From assembly GCA_965208575.1 (NCBI GenBank), contig CBDBOV010000003.1, forward strand, positions 480,001-544,000: a stretch of 64,000 bases of DNA, read 5' to 3'. Numbering within the stretch: the first letter of the stretch is position 1; every line of letters begins with the position of its first letter. The notes under the pieces are model-generated. The model searched no databases. It was not told the DNA's origin and saw only the letters and a list, made by a program, of their open reading frames with translations. The translations under genes were made by a program, and so were the position numbers. Below are positions 9,310 through 19,098 of this stretch, one piece after another. The DNA is from Spirochaetia bacterium. GTDB lineage: Bacteria > Spirochaetota > Spirochaetia > SZUA-6 > Bin103.

Positions 9310-11088
9310 GTGCCGGAACAAATGAGACTTGACGAATCCGGCCAGCGCTCCGCGGACCGCCGCGATCCCGACGCCAGAATCCCGGCCACGCTCAGCGTGG
9401 GCCTCGCCCTGCAGATCGCCTGCCTGGTGCTGCCCGGTGCGGTGATGATTCCGACGGTGGTGTTCCGGGCGGCCGGTCAGCCCGAGGAGCTCCTGCTGTG
9501 GGCCGTGTTCGCCTCGGTCGCGATCTGCGGGGCGACCACGATGCTGCAGGCACGGCGGGTCGGCTGGTTCGGCGCCGGCTACATCCTCGCGATCGGCACC
9601 TCCGGGGCCGCCATCGCGGTCAGCATTGCCGCCCTCGCCGCCGGCGGTCCGGCGTTGCTCGCCACCATGGTCGTGGTGGTCTCTCTGGTGCAGTTCGTGT
9701 TCTCCGCGCGCCTGTCGCTGTTCCGGCGCGTCCTCACGCCGACCGTCACGGGGGTGGTGCTGATGCTCACGCCGGTCACGGTGATGCCGGTGATGTTCGC
9801 CCAACTGGAGAGTGTGCCGGGCCTCACGCCGCCGCTGGCCGCTCCGCTCAGCGCCGTTACGACCCTGGTCGTGATTGCCGGCCTCACCCTGACGGCCAAG
9901 GGACGGGTGCGCCTGTGGGCGCCGGTTATCGGGATGATCGCGGGTTCGGCGGTCGCGGGCGTGTTCGGCCTCTACGACGCACAGCGCATCGTCCGCGCTT
10001 CGTGGATCGGTATTCCGAGGCCCCCGTGGCCGGCCCTGGGCCTGCGCTTCGGGCCCGAGTTCTGGACCCTGCTGCCCGCCTTCGTGTTCATCGCGCTGGT
10101 GTGCACGATTCAGACCATCAGCGGCGCCGTCGCGATCCAGCGCGTGTCGTGGGCCGGGAGGCGGGCGGTGGACTTTCGGGCGGTGCAGGGCGCCGTGGCT
10201 GCCGACGGGGTGGGCAACCTGCTGTCCGGCCTCGCCGGCACGATGCCGCTCGGCTTCCGGCCGCATGGCGCGTCGATGGTGGAGATCACCGGGATCAGCT
10301 CGCGCCGTGTCGGCCTCGCGCTCGGCGCGGCGCTGATCGTGCTCGCCTTCGTTCCCAAGGCGCTTGCCGTGATCCTGGCGATACCGGGGCCGGTGATAGC
10401 GGCGTTCGTCACCGTCACCATGGCGACCATCTTCATCGTCGGCATGAGGGTGATCATTCAGGACGGCGTAGACCATCGCAAGGGACTGATCGCCGGGGTC
10501 TCGTTCTGGGTCGGCGTGGGCTTTCAGAGCGACGCGATATTTCCGGGGCATGTTTCGGATTTCGCCGGCTCCCTGTTGCGCAACGGGATGCTGACCGGAG
10601 GCATCGCGGCGGTCGTCATGACCATGTTCGTCGAGTTGACCAAGCCGCGCCGCCGCCGGCTGGAGGTGGACCTCGATGCCACCGTCCTGCACGAGGTCCG
10701 GCGATTCATCGCCGCGTTCGCGTCGCGGAGAGGCTGGGACGCGGCGATGGTGGACCGCCTTGATGCCGTGTGCGAAGAGACGTTGCTGACGCTCGAGCAA
10801 CAGCGCGAGCCGGGTGTCGAGGTCGGGAGTCGGCGACTGCTCCTCACCGTACGCGGCGAGGATGGCGGGGCGGTGCTGGAGTTCGTGGCCTCGACCGGCA
10901 AGGAGAACCTCCAGGACCGGATCGCGCTGCTCGGCGAGGCCGCCGCCGGAGCCATGATCGAACGGGAGGTCTCGCTACGGCTGCTCCGTCACCTCGCCTC
11001 CTCGGTCCACCACCAGCAGTACCACGGCACCGACATCGTGACCGTCCGCGTGGAGCGGCCGGCGGCACGCATGCCCCAAGGGAAGTAG
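9310..11088 (+). CDS. NCS2 xanthine/uracil permease-like protein with C-terminal RsbW/HATPase_c-like domain
   Basis: NCS2-like TM core (LTPTVTGVV, ADGVGNLLSG, ITGISSRRVG) plus ~150 aa soluble tail. Confidence 0.75.
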   Translation: MPEQMRLDESGQRSADRRDPDARIPATLSVGLALQIACLVLPGAVMIPTVVFRAAGQPEELLLWAVFASVAICGATTMLQARRVGWFGAGYILAIGTSGAAIAVSIAALAAGGPALLATMVVVVSLVQFVFSARLSLFRRVLTPTVTGVVLMLTPVTVMPVMFAQLESVPGLTPPLAAPLSAVTTLVVIAGLTLTAKGRVRLWAPVIGMIAGSAVAGVFGLYDAQRIVRASWIGIPRPPWPALGLRFGPEFWTLLPAFVFIALVCTIQTISGAVAIQRVSWAGRRAVDFRAVQGAVAADGVGNLLSGLAGTMPLGFRPHGASMVEITGISSRRVGLALGAALIVLAFVPKALAVILAIPGPVIAAFVTVTMATIFIVGMRVIIQDGVDHRKGLIAGVSFWVGVGFQSDAIFPGHVSDFAGSLLRNGMLTGGIAAVVMTMFVELTKPRRRRLEVDLDATVLHEVRRFIAAFASRRGWDAAMVDRLDAVCEETLLTLEQQREPGVEVGSRRLLLTVRGEDGGAVLEFVASTGKENLQDRIALLGEAAAGAMIEREVSLRLLRHLASSVHHQQYHGTDIVTVRVERPAARMPQGK

Positions 11089-11115
11089 AGGCCCGCGCGC
11101 CACCCGGGGACGCCG

Positions 11116-12510
11116 CTACGGACCGGCGGGGATCGTGGAGTCGAAGTCGTCGAATCCGGCGATCAGTTCCTTCGCCATCCGCACGGCGTTCTCCAGGTCC
11201 AGCAGACCGTAGCCGTACACGTCGTCGACACCCGGCTCGCCGAGGTCGCGGGCCGACCTCAGCAGCACGTATCCGATCTGTTCCGGGCTGAGGGAGGGGC
11301 ACATCTGGCGCAACACGGCGGCCGCGCCGGTCACGCGGGGTGCCGCAAACGAGGTGCCGGAGAACGTCGACGGGCGGTTGTCGTCCGGAGCGACGAGGAA
11401 GGCGTTGCGGGCCGCGCCGGCGCGCACCGAGTGGCCGTCCGAATCGTGGGACAGAATCCAGCCGTCGTCGGCCGGATGGGCGGGGCGATGATCGACTGCG
11501 CCGACGACCAAGAGGCCGCTCTTGGCGTGCATGAATCCGATCGGACGAAAGTCGGGTCCCGCGTTGTCCGGGCGGTAACCGGCGTACCCTGCGACCAGGC
11601 CGCTCTGCTCGATGGCGGGTGTCGCGTTCGCCGGCGCGCCGCCCGCCAGCGCCGCGTCGGCGTTGCCGCCCCCCAGGACGATGAGCTGGACAATCCTGCC
11701 TTCGGTCGAGAGGTCGCTCGTGCTGCCGGTCTGTTCGATCGGAAGTAGATCGGGCAGATCGGGCGGACGGGGCGTGCCGACGGATCTGTTCTGGACAAAG
11801 AACGTGTAGGGGTCGAGCGGGGCGGGCCGCGTATCGTCGCTGCCGTCGACGGCATAGATGAAGGTTGCGTTGGGCGCGTAGTGGCGCGCTATGTGGGCGA
11901 CGCCGGTGCCGTGCGACCGGTCGGAGCCTTCCGGCGAAGGCCGCTCTTCGTTGAACTGGTCCAAGATGAGGATCTGGACGCCGTCGCCGTTCCAGCCGGC
12001 CGCGTGCAGCCTCTCGAGTGCGTCCCGTTCGTAGTCGGTGAAATCGTCTGCTACGGGGTCGGGATAGCTCCACCCGGTCCGCGTGGGAGCGGGTTTGCCG
12101 ACGCACGCGGCGGGCGCGGCGGTGGCCGACGGCGACCACGGGCCGTCGTCGCGGGCGCTGCTCGCCAGAACCTGCACGTCGTACCGGGTGCCGTTGGTCA
12201 GCCCCTTGATGGTGATGGTGTGAGGTCCCGACACCGTGCGCAGCACCTCGGCGTGCGCCCAGCCTTGCGCGGAGGGCGTCCACCGCACCGTGTAGGCGAC
12301 GACCTCGACCCGCGACGCCGGCGCGGTCCAGGAAACCGTGAGCTGTTGGTGGCCCGGCGTCAGGGTCGGTCGCGCCGGGGCGCCGGGTACGAGACCGTCC
12401 GTGGGTCTTTCTCCGTCCATCGGTGCTGCGCAGGAGGCGACGGCCAGTACGAATCCAAGCAGCACGAAGCGCGGCAAGCAGCACCCGATCGACACGATCA
12501 GTCGTTCCAT
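11116..12510 (-). CDS. Lipoprotein with FN3 domain and S8 subtilisin-like protease
   Basis: Lipobox VASC; FN3 (LTVSWTAP, GLTNGTRYDVQV); triad ILD, HGTGV, GTSFAAP; GVDDVYGYG. Confidence 0.85.
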   Translation of the reverse strand: MERLIVSIGCCLPRFVLLGFVLAVASCAAPMDGERPTDGLVPGAPARPTLTPGHQQLTVSWTAPASRVEVVAYTVRWTPSAQGWAHAEVLRTVSGPHTITIKGLTNGTRYDVQVLASSARDDGPWSPSATAAPAACVGKPAPTRTGWSYPDPVADDFTDYERDALERLHAAGWNGDGVQILILDQFNEERPSPEGSDRSHGTGVAHIARHYAPNATFIYAVDGSDDTRPAPLDPYTFFVQNRSVGTPRPPDLPDLLPIEQTGSTSDLSTEGRIVQLIVLGGGNADAALAGGAPANATPAIEQSGLVAGYAGYRPDNAGPDFRPIGFMHAKSGLLVVGAVDHRPAHPADDGWILSHDSDGHSVRAGAARNAFLVAPDDNRPSTFSGTSFAAPRVTGAAAVLRQMCPSLSPEQIGYVLLRSARDLGEPGVDDVYGYGLLDLENAVRMAKELIAGFDDFDSTIPAGP

Positions 12511-12824
12511 GCCAACAAGCGTAATCGAGTGCAGCCGTTGCGTCATCTGCCGGAACGCGGTTGGCGGTCCTGCGGTGCGGCATCGACGGCGATTGTCATT
12601 GGCGCCGCCATCGGCGTCTGCGCCCACCTCCCGATAGAGCGCCTCCTGCACCAGCCGATTCCGTCAGGCGCCGCGTACCGTTGCCGCTTTGCCGCCCGAC
12701 GGGCCGGGACGTGCGACACGCCCGAGTGGCGTCGACGCGGTCCTGAACTCCCTGTCCAGGTATTGACCGCGGACCATGCTGCGGCGTAGCGTGGCCGAAA
12801 CTGCTCATCCATTCGGAGGAACCG

Positions 12825-13124
12825 ATGTACATCGTGGCTTACGTCACACACAAGCCGGGGCGCGTGCAGTCAGGCAGCGAGCTCCAGGACGCCTTCATCG
12901 ACTATCTGCGCAATCATCCCGACCATCCCGGCGTGGTCGTCCACAACGGCGGACCGACTCTGTCCGACGACTCGCAGACCATCGTCGGCCTGCTGCTGAC
13001 CCTCGACGCGCCATCCCTGGAGGCAGCGCGGGCATTCCTGGCCGACAGCCCATACGGCAAGGCGGACGTGTTCGCGGAAACGCAATTCCGGCCGTGGGAG
13101 TGGAGGACCGGCCACCCCGGCTAG
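12825..13124 (+). CDS. YciI family protein
   Basis: ~100 aa; GGPTLSDD, SLEAARAFLADSPY; RBS GGAGG. Confidence 0.75.
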   Translation: MYIVAYVTHKPGRVQSGSELQDAFIDYLRNHPDHPGVVVHNGGPTLSDDSQTIVGLLLTLDAPSLEAARAFLADSPYGKADVFAETQFRPWEWRTGHPG

Positions 13125-13156
13125 CAAGCCCCCGGGCCCGCGCCGGCGAGAATCAC

Positions 13157-13184
13157 GATAATCCGGATTCCAATTCCGGATTTA
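13157..13184. promoter_or_regulatory. Palindromic operator-like site upstream of AAA_14-DUF4143 ATPase
   Basis: ATCCGGA-ttccaat-TCCGGAT; near-identical to site at 6322. Confidence 0.5.
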
Positions 13185-13216
13185 CACGACTTCCGCGCGG
13201 AAGTAAGGTAGGGTCC

Positions 13217-14389
13217 ATGGTTGTCCGAGAGGCAGAACCACTGGCCCGGACCCTGGCGCGCGAGTTCAAGGTCGTGGCGATCGTCGGCCCGCGCCAGTCG
13301 GGCAAGACCACGCTGGCGAGGGAGGTGTTCGCGGCCAAGCCGTATGCCAGCCTGGAGGATCCCGACTTGTTCGGGTTTGCGCAGGAGGACCCGCGGCGTT
13401 TCCTCGGCCAGTATCCGGGCGGCGCGCTCATCGACGAAGCGCAACGCTGCCCGGAGTTGTTCTCCTACCTGCAGGGGATCGTCGACCGGCGCCGCGTGGC
13501 GGGGCAATTCGTACTGACCGGATCCCAGCATTTCGGGCTGGTGCAACGCATCACCCAGTCCCTGGCGGGACGGGTCGGCTTCGTCAACCTGCTGCCGTTC
13601 TCGGCGCCGGAGCTGCTTGCCGGCGGCTGGCTGCCGGCATCACTTGATGCAGCCCTGCTGCACGGCGGCTATCCGCCGGTGTTCGACATGCCGGCGTCGC
13701 CGGAACGCTGGTACAACGCCTATCTCAACACCTACGTTGAGCGCGACGTGCGGCAACTGCGCAACGTGCAGGACCTGCCCACCTTTCAGCGCGTGTTGCG
13801 GCTGTGCGCCGGGGCGGTCGGTCAGCTTGCCGACCTGACCCGAATCGGCAACGACGCCGGCGTCGATCAGAAGACCGTGCGTGCATGGCTCGGCGTACTG
13901 GAGGCATCGTTCATCCTGTTCCGGCTGCAGCCGCATCACAACAGTTTCCGCAAGCGGCTGGTGAAGACACCCAAGCTCTACTTCTATGACGTCGGCTTGG
14001 CCGCGCGGCTGGTCGGCATCGAGTCGGCGGAGCAGATGGGCACCCACCCGCTGCGCGGCGCCCTGTTCGAGAACTGGGTCATCACCGAGTACCTCAAGCG
14101 GCGCTGGAACGCCGGCCGGCAGCCCAACCTGTTTTTCTGGCGCAGCCACGGCGGCCTGGAGGTGGACCTGGTGCTGGAGCAGGGGCCGGTGCTGGCGCCG
14201 GTGGAGATCAAGTCCGGCGCCACGGTCTCCTCCGACTGGCTGCGTCCGCTGCGCCGCTGGCGCGAGCTCGCCGGCGACGCCGCCGGCCGCCCCGTCATCG
14301 TGTACGGCGGCGACCAGCCACAACAGCGCAGCGACGCCGACATCATCCCCTGGCGCCAGTTGGCGCTCTCGCCGAGTAGCGAGTCTTGA
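13217..14389 (+). CDS. AAA_14 ATPase with DUF4143 domain
   Basis: GPRQSGKT, IDEAQ, GGYPP, PKLYFYDVG, LEVDLV..EIKSG. Confidence 0.92.
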   Translation: MVVREAEPLARTLAREFKVVAIVGPRQSGKTTLAREVFAAKPYASLEDPDLFGFAQEDPRRFLGQYPGGALIDEAQRCPELFSYLQGIVDRRRVAGQFVLTGSQHFGLVQRITQSLAGRVGFVNLLPFSAPELLAGGWLPASLDAALLHGGYPPVFDMPASPERWYNAYLNTYVERDVRQLRNVQDLPTFQRVLRLCAGAVGQLADLTRIGNDAGVDQKTVRAWLGVLEASFILFRLQPHHNSFRKRLVKTPKLYFYDVGLAARLVGIESAEQMGTHPLRGALFENWVITEYLKRRWNAGRQPNLFFWRSHGGLEVDLVLEQGPVLAPVEIKSGATVSSDWLRPLRRWRELAGDAAGRPVIVYGGDQPQQRSDADIIPWRQLALSPSSES

Positions 14390-14516
14390 TCTCGGCACCT
14401 CGCATGGAAGCATAGCCATCGCGCGCGACCGGCACCGTTCGTGGATCCGACCGTTTGGTCCGGCGGAAGTTGCGGGACGCTTGATCCGCGGGGTGCGGCC
14501 GCCCGATGATGGGCGC

Positions 14517-15623
14517 ATGAGACGAACCAGACCGCGCGTCCGGCGCAGCCTTGCCACGGCGGCGCTGTTGCTGGCCGCGCTTACGGTGATCCCGCCGCTG
14601 GCCGCAGATCAGGAGCTGACCGTGGTTTCGTTTGGTGGGTCGTACGCGCGGGCCTGCCAGCAGGCGTATCACGAGCCGTTCACTGCGGAGACCGGGATCG
14701 AGGTACGGCTGGAGGACTACAACGGCGGTCTGGCCCAGATCCGGGCACAGGTGGAGACCGGCAACGTGCACTGGGACGTGGTGGACCTGAACGTGGCCGA
14801 CGCCGTGCTCGGCTGCGACGAGGGCCTCTTGGAGTCCATCGATCCCGGTGACCTGCCGCCCGGCGCTGACGGATCCTCCGTGGAGGACGACTTTGTCGCC
14901 GGCACGCTCACCGACTGCGGGATGGGCACGATCTTCTTCTCATCCATCTACGCCTACGACCCGCGCCACTTCCCGGACGCCAAGCCGGCCACGATCGAGG
15001 ACTTCTTCGACCTGGAGCGGTTCCCGGGGCGGCGCGGCATGCGGCGGGTGCCGAGCGACAACCTGGAGATCGCGCTGCTCGCCGACGGCGTGCCGATCGA
15101 CGAGGTGTACGCCACGCTTGAGACGCCGGAGGGAGTGGCGCGCGCGTTCCGGAAGCTCGACGCCATCAAGGACCACATCGTGTGGTGGGAGGCGGGCGCG
15201 CAGCCGCCGCAGATGCTCGCCGACGGCGAGGTGGTGATGAGCACCGCCTACAATGGGCGCATCTTCAACGCCCAGGTACGCGAGAATCAGCCGTTCGAGA
15301 TCGTGTGGGACGGTCAGATCCTGGACAACAGCCAGCTCGTGATCGTGGCCGGCGCCCCCAACCTGGAGGCGGCGCGCGAGTTCATCGCCTTCGCGGGGAG
15401 GCCGGAGTCGATGGCGGCGGTGAGCAAGTACATCTCCTACGGGCCGGTGCGCCGCTCCGGCACGCCGCTGGTGGGGACCCACGTCGAGACCGGCGTGGAG
15501 ATGGCGCCGCACATGCCCACCACGCCGGCCAACCTGACCCGCGCCCTGCACCACGACTGGCGCTGGTGGAGCGACCGCGGCGACGAGATGACCGAGCGCT
15601 TCTCCGCCTGGCTGGCCCGCTGA
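14517..15623 (+). CDS. Polyamine-type ABC transporter substrate-binding protein (orphan)
   Basis: LTVVSFGGSY, WDVVD, FFDLERFPGRRG, STAYNGR; no adjacent permease. Confidence 0.85.
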   Translation: MRRTRPRVRRSLATAALLLAALTVIPPLAADQELTVVSFGGSYARACQQAYHEPFTAETGIEVRLEDYNGGLAQIRAQVETGNVHWDVVDLNVADAVLGCDEGLLESIDPGDLPPGADGSSVEDDFVAGTLTDCGMGTIFFSSIYAYDPRHFPDAKPATIEDFFDLERFPGRRGMRRVPSDNLEIALLADGVPIDEVYATLETPEGVARAFRKLDAIKDHIVWWEAGAQPPQMLADGEVVMSTAYNGRIFNAQVRENQPFEIVWDGQILDNSQLVIVAGAPNLEAAREFIAFAGRPESMAAVSKYISYGPVRRSGTPLVGTHVETGVEMAPHMPTTPANLTRALHHDWRWWSDRGDEMTERFSAWLAR

Positions 15624-15721
15624 AGCGCCGTCCGAAGCTGTCGCCCTGCCTTGCCGGCCGGCGCCTCGCCGCGGTGCGCGCGACGGCCAGGCTCCACCAC
15701 GGTCTGCGAGGCGCGCAGCGG

Positions 15722-16552
15722 TCACTGGGCTCCGGCAGCGGGGTAGGGGCGGAACAGGTCGAGTTGCGCCGGCGCCAGGCGGGCGCGGGTGGCGGCGGTG
15801 AGGTAGGGCGGCTCATCTATGGTGGCGATGTTCTGCGACATCATGAAGTGCGGGCCGTAGCCGACGTGCAGGGTCTTGCGCACCTGCGCGGAGCGGTTGG
15901 TCAGGCCGCCGTGGCGTAGCGCCTCGGTGAAGAAGATGGCATCGCCCGCCTTCACCTCCAGGCCGACCACGCCCGGCTCGCGGTCGGGGTCGTTGTCGTG
16001 GGGGCAGTCGAAGTTGCTCTTGTGGGTGCCGGGGACGACGCAGAACGCTCCCTGCTCGCGGCTCACGTCGTGCACGAAGTAGACCATGCGCACCATCATG
16101 CAGTCGATGCCGTGCCGGTTTACCTGGTAGCGGTACTTGCCGTGGGCCGCGCGCGTGCCGCCGTGGTTGCTGCTCTGGTTGCCGCGGTAGCGGATGCGGA
16201 TCTCTGAGTTGTTGATGGTGGGCCGTCCCTGGATCACCGCCTCGACGTAGTCCATGGTCGGCAGGTGGCAGATCAGCAGCTCGAAGACCGGGTCGGCGTT
16301 CCAGAAGTCCTCGATGATGATGGTGGATCCCTCCTCGCGTGCGCCTTGCACGTGGTACCCGAGGTCGGGGTCGCGGTGGTACTCCCGGCCCCACGGGCTG
16401 CGCTTGCGCGGCGGCGCGTCGAGCCGGGCAACGGCGTGCTCTTCGAGCGCGTCGACCGCGGCCGCCAGGCTGGTCACCTGCGCTGCAGTGAGCATATTCT
16501 CGATCACCACGTATCCCTGGCGATCGAACTCGTATCGTTCCATCTCGTTCAT
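15722..16552 (-). CDS. Phytanoyl-CoA dioxygenase (PhyH) family Fe(II)/2OG oxygenase
   Basis: FDRQGYVVIENML, GAFCVVPGTHK, KAGDAIFFTEALRHG. Confidence 0.85.
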   Translation of the reverse strand: MNEMERYEFDRQGYVVIENMLTAAQVTSLAAAVDALEEHAVARLDAPPRKRSPWGREYHRDPDLGYHVQGAREEGSTIIIEDFWNADPVFELLICHLPTMDYVEAVIQGRPTINNSEIRIRYRGNQSSNHGGTRAAHGKYRYQVNRHGIDCMMVRMVYFVHDVSREQGAFCVVPGTHKSNFDCPHDNDPDREPGVVGLEVKAGDAIFFTEALRHGGLTNRSAQVRKTLHVGYGPHFMMSQNIATIDEPPYLTAATRARLAPAQLDLFRPYPAAGAQ

Positions 16553-18015
16553 TGCGGTGCTCCCGGAGTGCGGTAGAAGGCCATGCCGGCGTAGCTGACC
16601 AGCGAGCCGGTGTCGGGCTGCCGGTTCTGGCCGTAGCTGAGCAGGGAGCCGCGGCACTCGGCGCCGGCCAGCAGCGGGTAGAGGGAGAACAGGCCGGACA
16701 CGGCGTCCACGTTGCGGCAGTTGCGGTCGGCGTGCAGGGTCCGGGTGAGGCCGGGCGCATCGAACCGCTCGGCGAAGCCCAGCAGGTGGCGGTCCTTCTG
16801 CTCGCAGGCGGCCGCGGCGGCGTCGTCGATCCGCTCAGGATCGCCGAACTTGGGGCCGATGTGGGCCAGGTCGACGCTCAGCAGGTAGCACGCGCGCTTG
16901 CCGCTCGCGGCCACCGCCTCGCGCAAAGCCGTCAGTTCACGCTGCACCTCCGGCGCCTGCAGCGGGTCGCTTCCGGCCTGCAGGTGGTGGTCGACGCCGC
17001 CGAGCAGCACCGGCACCACCTCGTAGTGAGGCAGATCCGCCTGCGCCTGGATGTACTGCAGAAACAGCAGGGGAAACTCCACCGAGTGCTCGGTGCGGTG
17101 CACCCACTGCTGGTCGGTGACGTCGCGGCCGGCGCGGCGCGACCACTCACCGATCAGGCGGCGGTCGGTGGTCGCCTCGCCGAACGGCGTGGCGTAGTCC
17201 TTGTCGCAGGCGACCGCGAAGGTGGCACCGGGCCGGGTGCCGCCGTAGTGGGCCACGCCCAGGATTACGTACCGTTCGATCGGCCTCGGGGTGTGTGCCG
17301 CCGCGGCCAGTGCCGTGAACGCCGGCGGGTAGATCTCGCCGCCGGCGCGCAGGTCGATGTGCGGGCACATGATGGCGGCCAGCTCGCCGCGCGGTTGCGC
17401 GAGGGAGGCGGGCGGACCGTGCCCGGCTCCCTTGTTCGCGGTGAGCCGCGGGTCGCAGCCGGCGCCGCCCTCCCGCCTGGCGAGCCCGGCGACCGCCGGG
17501 CCGCCGCCGGCTGCCGCTGAGATGCCGGCTCGGTCCGCTGCCCCGGCATCGGCGGTCGGCCCGGCTTCGGTTCCGGCCGCCGCGGCGAAGAATCGGTCGA
17601 GCATCGCGTCCAGTTCATGTGCGTCGTCCGGGTATCCGCTGCCGGCGTGCCACGGCTCACGTACGCGGGCGCGGGCAAACTCGGCGCGCACCCGGCTGAT
17701 GTGGGCGGCGGACACTTCGTCGTCCAGGTAGCAGCGCTCGCTCAACGTGGCGAGCAACTCCCGTACCTGCTGCGTACGGACCCGGGTGCGCGGGAACTCG
17801 CGTCGCAGCGCGGCGAGCACCTGGTCGAACGAGTGCCGGCCGTCCAGCAGCGACAGGATGAACAAACCCGCTCGGCGGAGCACCAGGGGCTGCGACGCGA
17901 ACTCCAGGGGGTCGCGCACGTAGAACGAACGCATCCCGTTCTGCTCGATCGGGATCACGTCGACACGGCGCACCCTGGGCAGGGCGGAGGGGGCGGGGCG
18001 GATGGCGTAACGCAT
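16549..18015 (-). CDS. MEMO1-family (AmmeMemoRadiSam protein B-like) with N-terminal PqqD/RRE-like domain
   Basis: HAGSGYP, PHIDLRAG, HRTEHSVEF, SVDLAHIG, VSYAG. Confidence 0.8.
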   Translation of the reverse strand: MRYAIRPAPSALPRVRRVDVIPIEQNGMRSFYVRDPLEFASQPLVLRRAGLFILSLLDGRHSFDQVLAALRREFPRTRVRTQQVRELLATLSERCYLDDEVSAAHISRVRAEFARARVREPWHAGSGYPDDAHELDAMLDRFFAAAAGTEAGPTADAGAADRAGISAAAGGGPAVAGLARREGGAGCDPRLTANKGAGHGPPASLAQPRGELAAIMCPHIDLRAGGEIYPPAFTALAAAAHTPRPIERYVILGVAHYGGTRPGATFAVACDKDYATPFGEATTDRRLIGEWSRRAGRDVTDQQWVHRTEHSVEFPLLFLQYIQAQADLPHYEVVPVLLGGVDHHLQAGSDPLQAPEVQRELTALREAVAASGKRACYLLSVDLAHIGPKFGDPERIDDAAAAACEQKDRHLLGFAERFDAPGLTRTLHADRNCRNVDAVSGLFSLYPLLAGAECRGSLLSYGQNRQPDTGSLVSYAGMAFYRTPGAPQ

Positions 18016-18037
18016 GACGGTCGTGGTCCGGGCGGCG

Positions 18038-18202
18038 TCAGCCTACACCGAGCCGCCGCTTCTGTTCCGCCGGCTCGAACGCGAACGACCGCCACTCTTC
18101 GGCCAGTTCCCGGGACAGTACCTGCTCCAACACCACGTGACCGCGTTCGAGGAAGTGCTGCACCTGCTCGCCGGTCAACTCACTACAGGGTCTCCGCGCC
18201 AT
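18038..18202 (-). pseudogene. Truncated PhyH-family remnant
   Basis: LTGEQVQHFLERGHVVLEQV resembles PhyH N-termini; only ~54 aa. Confidence 0.5.
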
Positions 18203-18327
18203 CGGGTGCCATGATGCGGCCAATCTGCGCCGATTCGCAAGATACCACCGCGGTTCCGCCGCGTCTGACTCCGTTGCCGCCGGCGCTCGCTTGCCGAGAG
18301 CGCGCTGATCTGGTTCAGTGCCTACCC

Positions 18328-19098
18328 ATGCAAGGAATTGGCAAGACGATCATCGAACGCAACATCGTGCTCGACAAGCTGCGCGGCGGCGAGCCGAGCG
18401 TGGGGACCTGGATCAGCCTCGGGACGCCGGTCTCGGCGGAGCTGCAGGCGCAGGTGGGCTGGGACTGGCTGCTGGTCGACGCGGAGCACAGTCCGGTCGG
18501 CTTCGACGCCATGGTGAACTGTTTCCGCGCCGCGCAACTGGGCGGCTGCGCGCCGTTCGCCCGCGTGCCCTGGAATGACACCATCTGGATTCAGCGCGCC
18601 CTCGACGCGGGTGCGATGGGGCTGCTGGTGCCGATGGTGAGTACCAAACAGGACGCCGAGTTCGCCGTGAGCAACACCGTGTACGCGCCGGGGGGGCAGC
18701 GCAGCTTCGGCGGCAGCCGCCTGGCCGCCTACACCGGCAGCGACTACCGCCAGTGGGTGCAGGACAACCTGGTGGTGGCGGTGCAGATCGAGACCGCCGA
18801 GGCGGTGGAGAACCTGGCGGAGATCGTGGCGGTGCCGGGCATCGACGCCTGCTACATCGGCACCTCCGACCTGATGCTGTCGCTCGGCCTCAGCGAGATG
18901 GGTGCGGAGCACGAGAAGGTCGTGCAACAGGTGCTGGCGACCTGCCGCGCCGCCGGCATGCCGTGCGGCGCGTGGTGCAACACCGGCGCCGAGGTGGCGC
19001 GCCGCATCGCGGAGGGCTTCCAGTTCCTGAACTGCGGCGGCGACGCCGGCCACATGCGCGCCGGCGCGGCTGCCGACTTCGCCGCCATCGGGCTGTAG
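18328..19098 (+). CDS. HpcH/HpaI aldolase family protein
   Basis: DWLLVDAEH, ALDAGAMGLLVPMV, VQIET, IGTSDL. Confidence 0.9.
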   Translation: MQGIGKTIIERNIVLDKLRGGEPSVGTWISLGTPVSAELQAQVGWDWLLVDAEHSPVGFDAMVNCFRAAQLGGCAPFARVPWNDTIWIQRALDAGAMGLLVPMVSTKQDAEFAVSNTVYAPGGQRSFGGSRLAAYTGSDYRQWVQDNLVVAVQIETAEAVENLAEIVAVPGIDACYIGTSDLMLSLGLSEMGAEHEKVVQQVLATCRAAGMPCGAWCNTGAEVARRIAEGFQFLNCGGDAGHMRAGAAADFAAIGL

